DNA of 64,000 bases from Octopus sinensis (GCF_006345805.1 NC_043004.1:58714001-58778000); one strand, 5' to 3'; counted from the stretch's first letter, positions 1 through 15,858 are shown. Numbers and translations are program-made. The notes: generated from the letters alone by a model not told the origin.

Positions 1-169
1 CCTTGGAATACAAAAGAAAAAATGAGAGAGAAAGAAATTACATTAGAAAATCCTTTTATAGCTAATTGCTTATATTTCCAATTTTGTTTTACTTGGATTT
101 TCTTTCACTGTTCAAAACTGTATGAAATTCATGTTAATGCAATCTGCTTTCACATATCTCTTTTTGCAG

Positions 170-233
170 AGCCTCATCTACAAGACGGCTCAAACTGGGT
201 GACCTGGTAGATAAGATTTATCATACCCTTTGA
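170..233 (+). CDS. Candidate terminal coding exon of an unidentified gene
   Basis: Pyrimidine tract + CAG acceptor (tctctttttgcag, AG at 168-169), then phase-2 frame ASSTRRLKLGDLVDKIYHTL* (TGA 231-233). Followed by ~1.4 kb of repeat-free UTR-like DNA. Two other short frames are also possible; protein not recognised. Confidence 0.3.
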
Positions 234-1662
234 TATCGTTATAGCATGTATGAATATCAAATACTTAAATGTTTTAAACATATATAGTTTTCTATCATAT
301 TCATTTAAATTTATAAATATCATTTCACATTAATTACCTTCTTTTTAAGCAAGCATATTATAGCACTTAAAGTTATCATTTATCTAATGAAAATCTAGTT
401 TTATTATCGGTAGTGAGTACCAAGGTATAGCATTAAGTTGTTGAGAATCCAAATTTGCGACCCAGTTTTTACCTCTCCAGCTGGAACTGCTTTATTTACT
501 TCACTAAAAGCTCTCTATAGTGCTAATATCTCATGCCACATGAAGAAATTAGAAGCATTCCTCAATAAGCTATGTTTCTTCTTTGGTTACAGCACTTGCT
601 ATATTCTTCACATACCTCTAAATCATACTGGATTCAGGCTCATCTTACTCACATATATACCAATCTATCTTTCTATAAAATGTATCTTAACAAAATGCCA
701 GTGTCTCCATAATATATCTACCTTCACACATTTAATGTCTATGTGAATGAATAAGTGAAAAGGCACATTCTCTGGATGCTAACTTCACTTACTTTTATCT
801 GAAGTTGACTCCAAAGTGGGTGAAATCCCTATTTTAGTCAACTACATAGGAGTAGCACTGGAATTTAAGGTGAATATTATTATTAATATGCAAAGGTAAG
901 TTCACACTAACAGAGCATTATCTTGGAGTTGTAAGGTTCCAATTCTGTTGTGTTTCTTCTCAGTCATCATTCTCAGAATTCTCTTGAAACATTTAAAGAA
1001 CTTTTAGTTAAATAAATACAAAGTAATGGTACCAACATACATAATGTCATAATTGAATGTTCAACTGATTTTGATACATTAATCAGTTTTCTTTCAACAG
1101 TGTATTAACTTCAACATTTAACTTCTATGTTTTAACATTTGAAGCATTGTCAAAAATCCACAAAAATAAATTGAAATTTTTAAACAATCATGAGAAGTGA
1201 AAAATGTATTAAAGAATTAGAATACTCTTTTTAAATGTTTAAATTTGTTAATTTTTACCATTGTTGTTATGGTTGTTTATGCTGATATTTCAACAAGTGT
1301 TATTGTATTTTCACAGGAAAGGTTTAACCTAACATTTTGCTGCCTCAGATTGCCACAGATGCTGTCAAGATGCAGAAAGAGATGTTTATGAAACCTTGTT
1401 CTCGTGACAGACAGTAAACTGATGTGCAGTGTCTGTAGTATTTACTTGTGATATTTTAGCCAATAAGACACTGTCTGCAACACCAGCTAATGAATGACAT
1501 AACTCAACTGTCACAATGAAAAGGTTTAAAAAAAATTGCTAATGAAAAAAGAAAATTAGAAAACAAACAAAAACTAAAGAATATGAGAAATTGAGTGCTT
1601 CCCCCACAGCAAAAGAATTAAGTATGGATTCACAAGTGTACGTGCAAAAGTGAAGCTTAGTG

Positions 1663-1737
1663 TCAGTAATCTGGCAATATTTCATGGAGTCTATGATTCT
1701 TGCCAAAAAGGAATTCTCTTGATTTTGTGAAGGGCAC
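1663..1737 (-). CDS. Candidate terminal coding exon on the minus strand, convergent with 170-233
   Basis: Minus-strand acceptor ...ctacttacaaacag|GTG after a pyrimidine-rich stretch; phase-0 frame VPFTKSREFLFGKNHRLHEILPDY*. Frame is ambiguous; no homolog recognised. Confidence 0.18.
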   Translation of the reverse strand: MPFTKSREFLFGKNHRLHEILPDY

Positions 1738-2185
1738 CTGTTTGTAAGTAGATCATATTTGACTGAGAAGAGCAAAGGGAAAAAGAATGAACGAATAATC
1801 ATAAAAATTTCCCTCTGAGGACCACCCGTTAATCTTGCAAAAACAAAAAAAAAAGTATAAAAGAAAATTTGTTTACAGTAGTTTTTAGATATGAAGATAT
1901 TTTGCCTTTGAGTTTTCCTTTTTTTTTAATCTTTATTTATAGTACAACAAAGTTTATCGACAACCTTGGGTTTAATAGCATCGGGCAGGGTAAGAAGTGA
2001 TTTTGTAAATGCCTTCAGGAAGGAGAATTTTTTTTTTTTTGAAAATCATGATAAGAACACTCCGACTATTAGAGGTCTAAGGTAAAACAGTGAAAGGCAA
2101 CTTTTACTTAAATTTTACAACATACCAGCAATGTCCAGATTATTCTTTATCATTTTATTTTGCTTCATTTTACATTGATTATAGA

Positions 2186-2233
<48 letters not shown>

Positions 2234-2449
2234 TATAAATATATATATATACATACATATATACATATATAAATATGTACACATAGATATATGTATATAT
2301 ACATATATATACATATATATATATACATATATAAATTACATATATATATATATATGTTCACTTAGATATATGTATATCAGGTGGTGCTATTAAGTTAGAC
2401 ATGGCCTGGACCAATCTTTGGTCGAAATATATCTAAATTTATCTAAGTT

Positions 2450-2494
<45 letters not shown>

Positions 2495-2652
2495 TACATA
2501 TATATACATATATATATGTATACATATTACATGTATATATTAATTATACATATACACATATATATATGTATATACATACATATATATATATACATATGTA
2601 TCAATATATATATTATATATATTACATATATATATATATATATATATATATA
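2186..2652. repeat. (TA)n / (TACA)n compound microsatellite block, representative of dozens in the window
   Basis: Directly visible; source of the YI/HT-repeat pseudo-ORFs in the track. Confidence 0.95.
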
Positions 2653-3305
2653 AGTTAATTAAAAGTATAATTGCAAAGATAATATTAATATATTTTGAAA
2701 ATTATTTTTTTCTCAGAAATATTCTGGTAATGATTCATTTCTCTCCTAAGCAAAAGAAACAAAGTCTTTTAGTGGGGAAAAAATGGAAAAGATCATTTCT
2801 AGAATGGAATATTAAAAAATGTTTAAGAAAATATTTAAAAGGTTTTAATATGGAAACTTTTTCTACTTGTGTCATATAAGCTTCCTTCTTTTTTGTATTC
2901 AGAAAAATTTTATATTTTGGTAAAAAAAAAAAAAAAATATTTATGAACAGATAAAGGGGGTTTAAGCAAAAAGCAAATAGATTGATATTACAAATAAAAG
3001 TAAAGAGATTGACGTAAAATGAAGTTTGTTTAAACCAACATTAACAAGGTTTTTATGTCTATTTTCATTTCAAACCAGTGCCAGACTAGTGTCATATCTC
3101 AGGTATTTCAGTGTTTTTTTATGCTAAATCTGGCTATTTGGAAATCTTCACTTATTTAGTGCTGTTTAGTATATATAATGACATTTCGTTTTGGTAAATA
3201 CTTATACATCTGTTTTCACATGTACATATGTAGTGTATAGAGGTGTGTGTTTGAGTGTGTATGTGTGTGTGTATATATAAATACATATGTGTGTGTATAT
3301 ATATA

Positions 3306-3347
<42 letters not shown>

Positions 3348-4101
3348 ATATATATATAGATGTATGTGTGTATATATATGTGTGTATAAATTATACATAT
3401 ACACACATGTTTGTGCATATATATATATTTACATACATATGTTTGTATACACATGCATAATTGATATACATCTATAAAAATGCATATTTATGTGTGTATG
3501 CATGTATGTGCATATATATAAATACATACATATACTTACACACACACACACACATATATGCATATATATATACTCATACACATATACACGTATGCACAAC
3601 ACTATAGAAATAAATTAGCCTTTATGTGAGTAATCTTTTGTGTCTCTTGAATGTGTGAAATGTGCACCAACCATTGGCTGAAAAACTCGTTTATGATAGG
3701 GACTAGTAATCATACAAGTCCCCTCAGATAGGTAATTTTATTCATTATTCTTCATCATAGATATTAAAAAAGAAAAAGCTTGATGTTTTGTTTATGTGTC
3801 TTTCAGTTCCAAACTCTAAACCTTTAAGTCTGCACATGTCAGAATCAGTTAGCCAACACCTTATTTATGACATAATAAAGCTATAATAGTAAAGGTTTGT
3901 AAGTATGATACGAATTCCTCTGATTTGTAACAGTGTCACTGTTGCTGTTTGCCTTATTTGCTAATATATTAATATCAATTAATTATATAAGCACTTTTCT
4001 GTGAAGTGAATGATATGGGAAAAAATATTATTTGTATGATAAAAGTTGCAGCAGATAATTATCCATCGTCCCTCTTATCTTCGATGATCATTTTGTCCTT
4101 C

Positions 4102-4137
<36 letters not shown>

Positions 4138-4173
4138 CATGTGTGTGTGTATGTCATAATGTACATATATATA

Positions 4174-4212
<39 letters not shown>

Positions 4213-4234
4213 CATGTGTGTGTGTATGTCATAA

Positions 4235-4274
<40 letters not shown>

Positions 4275-7200
4275 AAACTATATACACATACATGCATACA
4301 AAATAACTAAATGCATAAAATCATCTGTGTGTTTGTGTGTGAGTTTTTGCTGAACCAAGAATAAATTTGTTCTATCTGTATTTCCCAGTTGTTTAAAGTA
4401 TTAAAAAAATTATCTTTGGAACTATATGAAGGTAGAAACTTTTTTCTTGAAAGTAGAATATACTACTTCTATATTGCATTATTGTTTAAAACACTATTTA
4501 ATAATATGTTATAATTATTTCTAGATCCATCAATATATCTAAATTATGATATGGTTTTAGCTAATAACAAAGGAGGCTGTGTTTAATTTTTCATTTTTCC
4601 GTATATATATTTAAAGGTCTTAAGTTGGATAAAAGATTCAAACTAGAAATATAAAATTATATTTAGTAAACCTTTTAAAAACAACACAAATTGTTTGTTA
4701 ACAGAAACTTGTAATTAAGTCTTAAAGGTTTAAGTCAAATTAGTATGCAATGTTGGAACAAAATTATTTCAATATTTTTGTTGTATTCCTTGCTAGAACC
4801 TGTTGGTATATTTTTCTGTGCCTTCCTCTGCTAGCCTCATGAAGCAACACCCATTCACAACAGTTAATAATTCAATTCATTGACCTACTACAACGTTAGC
4901 TCTAAAAAAGAAGCTTTGGATTAAAAAAAAAGCCCTATAAAGATTAGGTGCTCGTGTTAATGAATAATCTGCGGAGAAGTTGTTTATTTTCTTGTCCCTT
5001 TCAGTAGACAGCTCAAAATTTCAGAAAATTTGAACTTAAAAATTACCGTTTCAATAAGATAACTAAAGCAATGACAAGTGTCTCTCTTTTATGCTTATTA
5101 ATGTTAGTTTTTCTTTAAATTAATTGAGTTTTTTTTTATTTATTGACAATAAAAGATACTCTACATAGTTTGTTTGCAAACATTACCTGGCTTGCTGGCT
5201 TAGAGAGAGAATTAAAACTAAAAGTTCTACAACTGTAGAAAATAGATATAACTAGCTTTGGGGGACACCTAATTTGATGTCTTAAAATATATATATAGAT
5301 ATATGATATTTTTAAAAAAACAAAACTAGAACAAACAACATGAAGCAACAAAATATTTAACATCAAAAAGCCAAAGGTTGTCGATACTCACTTATTTACA
5401 AGTAAAATTACCATCATTTCTGATATTTCTTTTTTTACAATAACTTTATACAAAAATTATTATTAGATTAAGTGTCACTTAATGAACAGATTGTTTAATT
5501 TTATTTTTACATGCATAAGAAAAAAATGTGAAAAAAAAAACATTGCAAAATAATAATATTTACTGCTCCTGATCGATGTTACTACCTGCGTACAAAGAAA
5601 CTATCGACGAAACAGAACAATTTACACTACCAAAATTAAGTAAAACAGGTGCTTGAACTTGTGGAATTCTAAATGAAGGACTAAACTGATTTTCAAAGGG
5701 CCAATATCAAAAATTTCTTGGCCTAAATAGCTCGTAGTTAGAGCCAAAACTAAGCATGTTGCTTAATAGACGGCAAACAGAGGTAAGCAAAGTCAGTAGT
5801 TATCTGCTGAATGTTCAGTTAAAAGATTGCTTGGTTGCTTGCAATGCAAGAAGGTTTCATCAAGTTTATGATAATTATAAATATTGTTATTGTTGTTGTT
5901 GTTATTATTATTATCATTATTATTATTATTATTATAATTATCATTATTATTATTACTATTATTATTATTATTATCACCATTATTATTACAACCCAAACAC
6001 CACTATCATCAATATCATCATCATCATCATTGACATCATATTCTTTATAATTTTTAATAAGCAACTTGATTTATACAAATGTAAGGAAATTTAGTTTATA
6101 TAAAAACTTGTTTTCTTTTTCATGTGAATAGAAAAAGTCTATCTTTGGTTTATTAGATGAAATTTATAGAAAGATGAAAATTTTTCATTTAATGGACTAA
6201 TCAATAATTAAGATATAGACTTCGGTCTTTCCTTCTCGCATACATTACAATGAAATATGCAGATGAGAAGGAGAGAATATTTAGTACAAAGTATCACAGA
6301 GAAATTTGGGGGTTTTGATATCTGGCAGCTGTTCCTTTTATTTTTTCTATTATTACTGTTATAATAAAACCATTATGTTTGACATGTGACAATAATTTGG
6401 TAATTTCTATCTCAATTTATGACACTTAAAATCTAGTTGAATTGTTCTTCACATTGTCTTCCTTTCATCTAAAAAAAGCATCTAGCTTAAAAGAATTAAT
6501 GTGAATTTTAATTCAACAAATATGAATTTGCTTGAGTTTGGTATTTTCAGGTACTATGAAAGAATAGTGTCCATTGTGGCCATGGATTACTCTGATTCAA
6601 ACAGTCTTGAAACCAATTTCTCACAGCATGAATATTTATTGGATTTAGTGTTCAGAAAACCTTGTCTTAAATATATTCAAAATGAATAACACTATGCTTA
6701 TATATTTCACATAAATATTATGTGTAAATTCATTGCATTTGAACAAACAATCTAAAATACATATTACAAATATTCTTTCAATATGTTTTCTTTCAATATT
6801 TAGAAAATTCTAAGGGCTGCATCATGTTTCATTAGAAATAAATACACCTAACTAAAAATTTAGTAAAGAGACTGAATATACTTGTATATATCTATATATA
6901 TATATATATATATCCTAGACTAGTATGAATGGAGTAATTTAGATATGCAATAATACATCCACATGCATGTATGGAGCATTACTGCTATTTCTGCTTGCTC
7001 GTGGTATTGCAAAGGGAAAAACAAAAGTCAATAAATGTATCTTGATTTACAAAAACAAGCTTTACATAGTAGTTTTTGACTATTTTTTAAAGCAATCACA
7101 TAACTATACAAGCAAAAACTCAGAATACAAATTAGATAGATGTCACAATCTGAAAACACCTTTGGAATGACAAGATTAAATTATATATTTTATGTATTGA

Positions 7201-7376
7201 TTAGATATATGATTTAAGCAATTTAGTTAAGTGAAATAGATTAAAAAAATTTTTTTTTGTAGATAAGTATAGGTATTATATGAAAAATGAAATTAGTTAA
7301 AATTATGATTCGCATTAAATAGTTAAGAGATGATATAGAATGAAATGAAATGGCCAATATAGCTTCATCACTATAA

Positions 7377-7414
<38 letters not shown>

Positions 7415-8277
7415 TATTTAAAACTCCTCTTCCTCTTCTCTTTCTGAATCAATACTGAAGAATATAATTCTTTCTATCTTGTCATTCTATATATGGTTGT
7501 TTTCTTTGAAGTAACTCACTAAATTCTTTGTTAAATATTTGCTAAACTAGTATTTTTTGTGACTTTTGTGAGGATTATTATAGAAATAGTATTAGTAGAA
7601 TATTAAAATTGTGTGATGTTATAATTCAGTTAAATTGATCCCTAGTTTAATCACTGTTCTGAATCAACTTAACCCAGAGATTAGCATGCTTATGTATGGC
7701 TGTTAGTTGAATTCTTTAAATCACCCAAAACATTTCTATGGATATTAAGCAAAAATAAAAACCATATATAAAAAATTCTATCTAACAAATAGTTAGAAAT
7801 CAGTTTAGCATTTGGAATATATAAACCGTAACTCTTTCTCACATATTTTCAAGAAATAAAACCAAAACTTTTCAGTTTACAAGACAAACGGCTTTTTTGC
7901 CTACTTGTATGAAAATACCTTATAATGTGAAGCTGTGCTTTGCTAGCAGCTGGCATTTGCTTTTTAAATAAAAGAAAATACATTTAGTCTAGTGAATGCT
8001 GTGTCAAATATCTGATTCAATAAACGCTAAATTCCAATATCCAACTTAAGATTCAATCTGGTTTGCATTACTCTCCATAACTTTCATTGGAATTATTGTT
8101 ATCAGTAATATTGACTCTATTATTATTCTGGTTTATACATATTAACAGCTAATTTTATTAACAGTGCTAATATTATATATTATCATCATTAAATATAAGT
8201 ACTATTGTTTTATAATATTGCAATCACCATTGTCCGACTATAATTATATATCATTTCTTTATTAAAACTTTCTGTCA

Positions 8278-8445
<168 letters not shown>

Positions 8446-8589
8446 TATTACTGCTTTGTTATCCAATTAGTGCCAGTTGAAAATTGCTGTTATTCCATGT
8501 CATAACTTGACACATAGAATAGACATCATTCAACTGCTATTTCTAACAAGATTTTACTCAATATCTTTTATTAATACTATTATTATTAA

Positions 8590-8646
<57 letters not shown>

Positions 8647-9548
8647 CATTATTAAGGTGGTGTGCTGGCAGAATCATTAGAGTGTTGGAAAACAAAATGC
8701 CTTGCAATATTTGTTCTGACACTATATTCTGAGTTCAAATCCTGCCATGGTTAACTTTGCCATTCATCCCTCCGAGGTTGATAAAATAAAGTACCAGTCA
8801 AATACTGGGGTTGATGGTATCAACTATTCCCCCCTTTCCCTCAAAATTGCTGGCCTTGTGCCTAAATTCAGAGACCTTTATCATTATTATTATTATTATT
8901 ACTATTATTATTATTATTACCATTATCATTATTATTATTATTGCTACTACTTCTATCATTATTATCATCTTCATCATTGTAGCAGCTCTGCTTGTATTCC
9001 ATAAACTTTTTTCATCGATGCTGCCCAGGTTGCCAATTAGCACAGACAAATTCCTTTATTTCTGAACGAAACTGAAACCAGTTGTAATGTTCCAAATAAT
9101 GGAAATCTAATTTTGCCTTCATCAAATTATTTTTTCGTTTCCTTCTTTCTTTTTTTCTTTCTGTCTGGTTAAATTTTTTTACAATAAGGATCTATAAACT
9201 ACACTATTCGTTTCTTGTTTGTTTGTTTGTTTGTTTTTTAATGCATAATTAATAACAATATTAAAAAAAATTTCAATCCTGGTTGATGTTTAAATATTCA
9301 AAAGCATAACATTAGGTGTTTAGTATTAAGAAATTCTTTTCTGTGTGTATCAAAGTTATTGTGAAATATTTTTCACACTATTCTATAAAGAAAGACAGGA
9401 TCATTTGACTTGTCTGAATGTCAATTCACTGGCTGATGATAAACTAGTTAACTGAGTTAGTTGTAAACTTGTTTAAAGGTTTATGTATTTCCAATCTCTA
9501 TAGCACTGTTGATGACTGAACTCATTGAGATAATCTAACATTAAAAGA

Positions 9549-9587
<39 letters not shown>

Positions 9588-10054
9588 AAGATAGACCAAT
9601 AGCTAAACATCAGAGTTTAATCTGCTTTGGGTTTGATCTGTCCTCTAATTATAACTGATTTGCAACATTTTTTTTATCTAATTAAGTAAGACGAACGAAT
9701 GAATGTTATAATGACTGTAATACAATTATTTAGGCTAGTTATGCTCTCTTCTTGCTAAAAAAAATAAAATCAACAATAAAAAATATATAAATTAAAATTT
9801 TCCAAAAAAAATAAATAAACAAAACAAACCGCAAAAAAATAAAAATAATACGACATGCTATAGTTGAAATTCTCTCTGGCATCATATATATATCGGAATA
9901 TATCTGCTTGGAGACTTTTTTTTTTTTTTTACAATGAGTAGCTATTGACTTTTGACGAACTTATTGTTGGGTTGATGACGGTGCTGACAGTAGCTGTTAG
10001 GAGCACTGAATTTGCCAAATTATAATTATTTTAACTCGTTTTTATCCAAATTTA

Positions 10055-10117
<63 letters not shown>

Positions 10118-11436
10118 TCAAAATTAAATATGAAGGACAGGGTGCTGAGAGAAAAACTACTCCATATTTGTCATAATAAACATGTATGAAAAGCGAAAAA
10201 GAAATGCAAGATGAATTTTCAAAGGCTATGACAATTCCTACTACAGAAGCAAGCAGCAATCTGTACAGTTAAAAAAAAAGGTACATTTTTCACTGTTGGT
10301 TATTTGTATATTCTATTTAAATAGTTCTGTTATTTAAGGCTCATTGTAAATATTAATTGCCTCTCTTTAAAGGGTAATTGATAAATTAACTGTTGCAAAT
10401 TTATTTTGATTATTATTTTTTTTTTCATGTCTAATAGATGGCGCTAGTTGTTCATGAAGTGATGAAAATTATCAACCTAGTCACAAAACAAATATGAAGT
10501 CACATGCCAAAAATTAAAAAGAATAGCTTCTTAATAATGGATGACATTAAAAATATTTCTTCTTAAATCAATATTGCCTTTTATCGTTAATTTACTACAA
10601 AAAAATATAATAATAAATAAACAAAAACCATCATCTTGAGACTCAAACAAACATTGTAGGTTAGTAGTTCTGTTGACAGACATTCTCTTGATTAATCTTC
10701 AGGTCAGCTCATCAGCACCTTTGCTACTACATACTCCAAAATCTTTGTATATGCTTCTCATGGTACAAAATAATCATAGTTTTATGCTTCACTATTTTAA
10801 GCATCTCCTGTTGTATATGCAAACTAAATTCTATGCCACAAAAAAAACAAAACAAACAAATAGAAAAGATATATTATGACTGCTTGCAGATGTATACCAC
10901 TGCACTTTTAACAAGCTTATTACTAACAATCATGGTACTTTTCGCAGCTAAGTAGTTATGAATTCACTATCCAATCAGTTATATTTCTTACAAATTTCCG
11001 TATTTCTAGGATGAAAAGAATATCTATTTACATGGAATTTTTCTTTTTTTAAAATTCCATAATCACCATCTGTCTTAGGTGCATAACAAGATATTTACTT
11101 TATGCATCAATGTAAAATATACTGTAAGATAGAAATAGAAAAATAAACAATGTGATATTGATCTTTATGATTTTTTAAATGATCTGTAAATTAAAAGACG
11201 TGTTGGGAATTGTCTTAATCTTGGATTACATTCCATTTATTATTTTATTTATACCACAATCTTAAAATATTTAGCTATAGGCAAAGAATTGAGTAAAAAA
11301 AAAATATACATGTTAAAATAACTTACAGTAACAAAAACATCTTCAGCTATAAAAATATTCAATAGCTTAAACCATACATATCTCTATACAAAGATATACC
11401 CACATACATACATACATACATACATACATACATACA

Positions 11437-11472
<36 letters not shown>

Positions 11473-11651
11473 CATATATATATATATACATATATTTTAT
11501 ATATAATATATATATACATATATTATATATATATATACACACATGCATATATATATAACTATATATATTTTATATATATATATACATATATATAACTATA
11601 TACCTTATACATGTATATGTATATAATACATTTATATAAATTTATATATAG

Positions 11652-11711
<60 letters not shown>

Positions 11712-14700
11712 ATATGTATGTATGTATATATGTATGTATTTATATATATGTGTGTGTGTGTATATATATATATAGATATATATATATGAAGCATAATATA
11801 TGTTGCTTGCATACAAATTTTATGTGTTTGCTCTAAGTATATTTGATAAATACAGCTTTAAAATAAACAGTAGCTTTAAAAATACAGAAATTACTTGCTT
11901 CAAAACTTAGCTGATTCAAAGTTTCTATTGACAATTCATTTTTATATTTTACTTCTAAATAGTTTATCCAAAATTGAATTTGCAGTAAAAATTTAAATGG
12001 GTGAGACAATGTAAAGTGTTATCTTTCTTCCAAAGTTTAAAAATTTGCTACAGCTGTTTTTTCTGCCAGGAAATCTCTCATAATCCTGAAATTATCTATG
12101 ATAATTTTTGTATCTTCTCAACTTAATTTCAATTAAGAAATTTGTAGAAGATTGGCATCTTTTTACAGGTTGTTCAAATATTATGCTTATGTCTAAATTA
12201 TTAACATACGATGGGTAACCTTTGCAAACAGGATAAAGTTTTTAAAACATGGTGTGGATAAATAATCAGATTTCATTTCCATGACCAGATAGACATTATC
12301 CAATTACAATAACCATCTATTTTTACGTGTATACTAGAAATTTTACGTCAAACTACAACCTGAATTGTTTGAGTCTATATGATAAGTTATTCATTTCTAA
12401 ATTTGGCATGTAGCTAGTCATGTTATAAAAATATTTCATTTAGAAACTGTGAGTTGGTTGTCTGAGTGGTCACTTCTGTGATGGTTCTGTGACTGATCAA
12501 CTGTAAAAGCAAGTTGATCTTACCTTTTTTTTTGTTGTTTTAAACATACTCTCAGCCTTTCATCAGCCTCTACCACATCCTCTGTCTGTACCACAGGACT
12601 GGTTATTATATGTTGGCCATCTTAAATGAATGGTGGTTCACGCAGATATCAGATGAGACCATCTTTAAAAGATGATTTCTAACCATTTCACTTGTTTATA
12701 ACAATCTGTTGATAATTTCAGTTTTATATTATAGTATTGTGTTCTATTCTTACATTTTTTTAAAAATGTCCAACAATTGTTTGATCATTCAAGCTCTTTT
12801 ATTCTTAAAATGATTTTTTTTTCATCTGAATATATTAATTTTTCTACTTGTTAGGAAAATATATCAAAATATACACCGGTTAAAAATATTTTAAAAATAT
12901 GGAGAAAAGCCCTTAAAGACTATTGTTCAGAAGAAAATACTAAATATTTGATCAGAAGGATCCTTTTTTCTTTCATCATTGTAATTCCCTTGTTTTTTGT
13001 TTGTTTGTTTGTTTTTTCTTTTAATAGATTATGTGATATTAAGATGTTTTGATGTTATTTCTACAATCAACATCACTCATTTATGTAAGTAGGATTACAT
13101 ATTTATTGAGGGAAAAAAGACATGATTTCCAAGAAATTTGGGTTAAAATTACTTTTTAAAGAGGGAGACTTTTAATGTCTCAACAAAGAAAAATATAATT
13201 TCTGCTAATAATTATGTGGAAGAGAAACACGAAGAAAAGAATCAAAAATTGCAATGTTAACTATTGTTGTTCTATTATTTAAATTCCAATATATAAGTTG
13301 TATTTCTTCTATAATAGCTCAATGGAAATTTCATTATGCACTTTTGTCAAACAAAATTAAGCAAGGCTAAAAATCATTTCAATCATTTCTCTAAAAGAAC
13401 ATTTCTACTTTCTATTTCACAATTTTATTTTTATATTTCCATTATTGAGATTACTTTTAGAGCATGATATTTTTAAAAATTATATTTCATTTATTCCTTA
13501 TGATTTTATGAAATTTTCTACAATAATTCTTTTCCTGCATACATCACTTACTCTCAACAAACTACTGGAATGATAACATCCATTTATGATTAGTTGTTAT
13601 GGTTCTGTAGGGTAACTTTCATTAGAAAATTAAAATAAAATTTTTTTGTTGTCTTCTTTTTAGATTAAATTTTTTTTTAGAAAATGCAGAGTATATAAAC
13701 ATTTGTTTGTATAGAAATCTTTTAATTTATCTTGACTTTTCTGAAAGTCGTCAAAACATTCCCTATTGAATGCCTCAAATTTTTATTGATCCAAATTTTG
13801 GAAGTTTCAAAATGTTTTCTGTTGATTTTATTCCTTAAATGCAACACATATGCATTTTAAAACTACATTTTAGAGACCCAAGCTATTTCTATAATTGCTA
13901 AAACTGTTACCTTCAATTCCTTAAAATTTAGAGAAAAAAAAAACTATTGTAAATGAGCTCCTGTAGAAGATAATATTGTTTAAAAGTAAATCTCTACAAA
14001 ATGGTTCAAACACTTTAAAATAACTACCCTTAACTATAAGTTGCTATAAAATTCAAATAGCATGATGTGATTTAATATTTAAGCTTTTTTATTAGCTCTT
14101 ATTGGAATATTGCATAGTAAGGATTTCCTAAACATTACTTACAGCTTTATCATATTCCTAAAACAACACACTTCTTGCAATGTTTCAAAAGTCATTTTAC
14201 TCTGTTTTATAGAAAAATCTATCTAAAAAAGACAAAAAGCAAACTAAATTTTGAGTTGTTTTTCTTCTCTCACAATAAGAATATTATTTGTTCCAATTAT
14301 CACACAAATCATAATATTTCCATAATCATATATAATAGTCTATATTTCATAAAATTACATGTAGTAATTGACAGGTTGAATACTCAAGTAGTAAAAAATC
14401 AATGACAAATAAGTTATAGGAAATACTGTACATATATATATATATATATAGTCTCGTACATTATCTATTGTGTGTGAGTGTGAAAATATGTGTGTGCATG
14501 TGTGAGTAGGGGTAAGAGTAAGATGTTAAATCAACAAAACTAATTAGACCTATTTTAATGTTTTGTTTTTATAATTTTAATAATTGGAATATATAATCAA
14601 CTAGTGCATATACACACATTTTTGCGTATTGCAAAGATATAAGTTTATAAGCTAGATTTAAGCAAACATGGAGAAATAGGCTAATATAAAATCTCTCTCT

Positions 14701-15858
14701 CTCTCTTTCTCTCTCTTATGTCACTAAGCAGCTGTCATTAACAATGAAGTGAAGCTGTATAAAATGTTCCTACGTAACGAATATATGAAATAACTGCTAG
14801 AACTACTCTCACATTCTTCCATAACAAAAAAAAAACAAAATTTGTTTTAAACATCAATATATAATGCGTATTTGAGTCCAGTTATCTTCTCTTGATATCT
14901 GAAACTCTGTGAAGTAAAAGAAAAGCAATATAAATATGAGAGAGTAACTTCCCTTGGCTAATTCTCTTGTTTTCTCTCTTGGCTTTGTTAAACATTTTTT
15001 CTTTCTTTCATTTTCAATTAAAATGGATGGAAACATCACACCTGACAATGTTTACTGCTTTCTTTGTTATAAATACTAATAGCTGTAGCTGGTACGATAT
15101 TTCAGTTATTATCAATTATTAGATAGTTAACCTAACCTAAAATCTAAATTTGTAATATGTAACTAGTATTATAATTTACTAATGTTTTCTAATTTCCTAA
15201 AACCTAACCTAGTTTTCTAATTTTTTTGTTGTTGTGTTTATTAATAATAAGGCTACTAGGTAAAAGACTTAAGGAATATAATTTTTTTCTAATTTTATCT
15301 CAATACGAAAGTCTTAGATTCAAATTTTTGTCTCCAATTACATTATTATATAATGTTTGGTGCAGAATTCCAACCACAGAATTTTTCTCTATTCTAAATT
15401 ATGAATTCATCCTTTCATGATTTCTATGCAGCTGTTTTGCTAATATATTTTAGCTTTGCAAAAAAATTATTTAAAACATGAAGGTGCACACATAGAAGTA
15501 GGTATGTGCTAATATAACATATGCTTCAATAGTGAGATATAGTGTTAATCTGTTGACCATCAGCTGGCACCTTTTTTGCATTTAGTGGTGTTCACTTTCT
15601 GCAAGCATTTGGGCTGGGTTTCTTATTTGAGAATGACTTCTTTTTCTCCTTTCCACCAGTTGCAGAAGCCCCATAAAGGGTGATAAGCACTGCCTTTCCT
15701 CCTGATTGGAAGATTTTAAAATATCCCATATATATATTCTTTTACTCTTTTACTTGTTTCAGTCATTTGACTGCGGCCATGCTGGAGCACCACCTTTAGT
15801 CAAGCAAATCGACCCCGGGACTTATTCTTTGTAAGCCCAGTACTTATTCTATCGGTCT

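Noticed and set aside
4100-4270. ~75-bp tandem duplication of a compound microsatellite
   Set aside because: Common slippage or unequal-crossover product with no further structure.
8990-9063. Minus-strand peptide EFVCANWQPG resembling the peroxiredoxin VCPANWQPG motif
   Set aside because: Lacks the conserved Pro, stops three codons later, and no other peroxiredoxin exon is present; likely chance.
9433-9480. CTGATGA followed by a hairpin, a possible further hammerhead
   Set aside because: GTAAAC instead of GAAAC, and no stem I or III complementarity.
12522-12630. Minus-strand open stretch DGQHIITSPVVQTEDVVEADERLR with good donors
   Set aside because: Weak AAG acceptor, an in-frame stop immediately upstream, and no recognisable homology.
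15540-15700. GC-richer island open for 25 or more codons in all three minus frames after a CAG
   Set aside because: No frame recognisable and no donor; cannot be distinguished from a decayed repeat.
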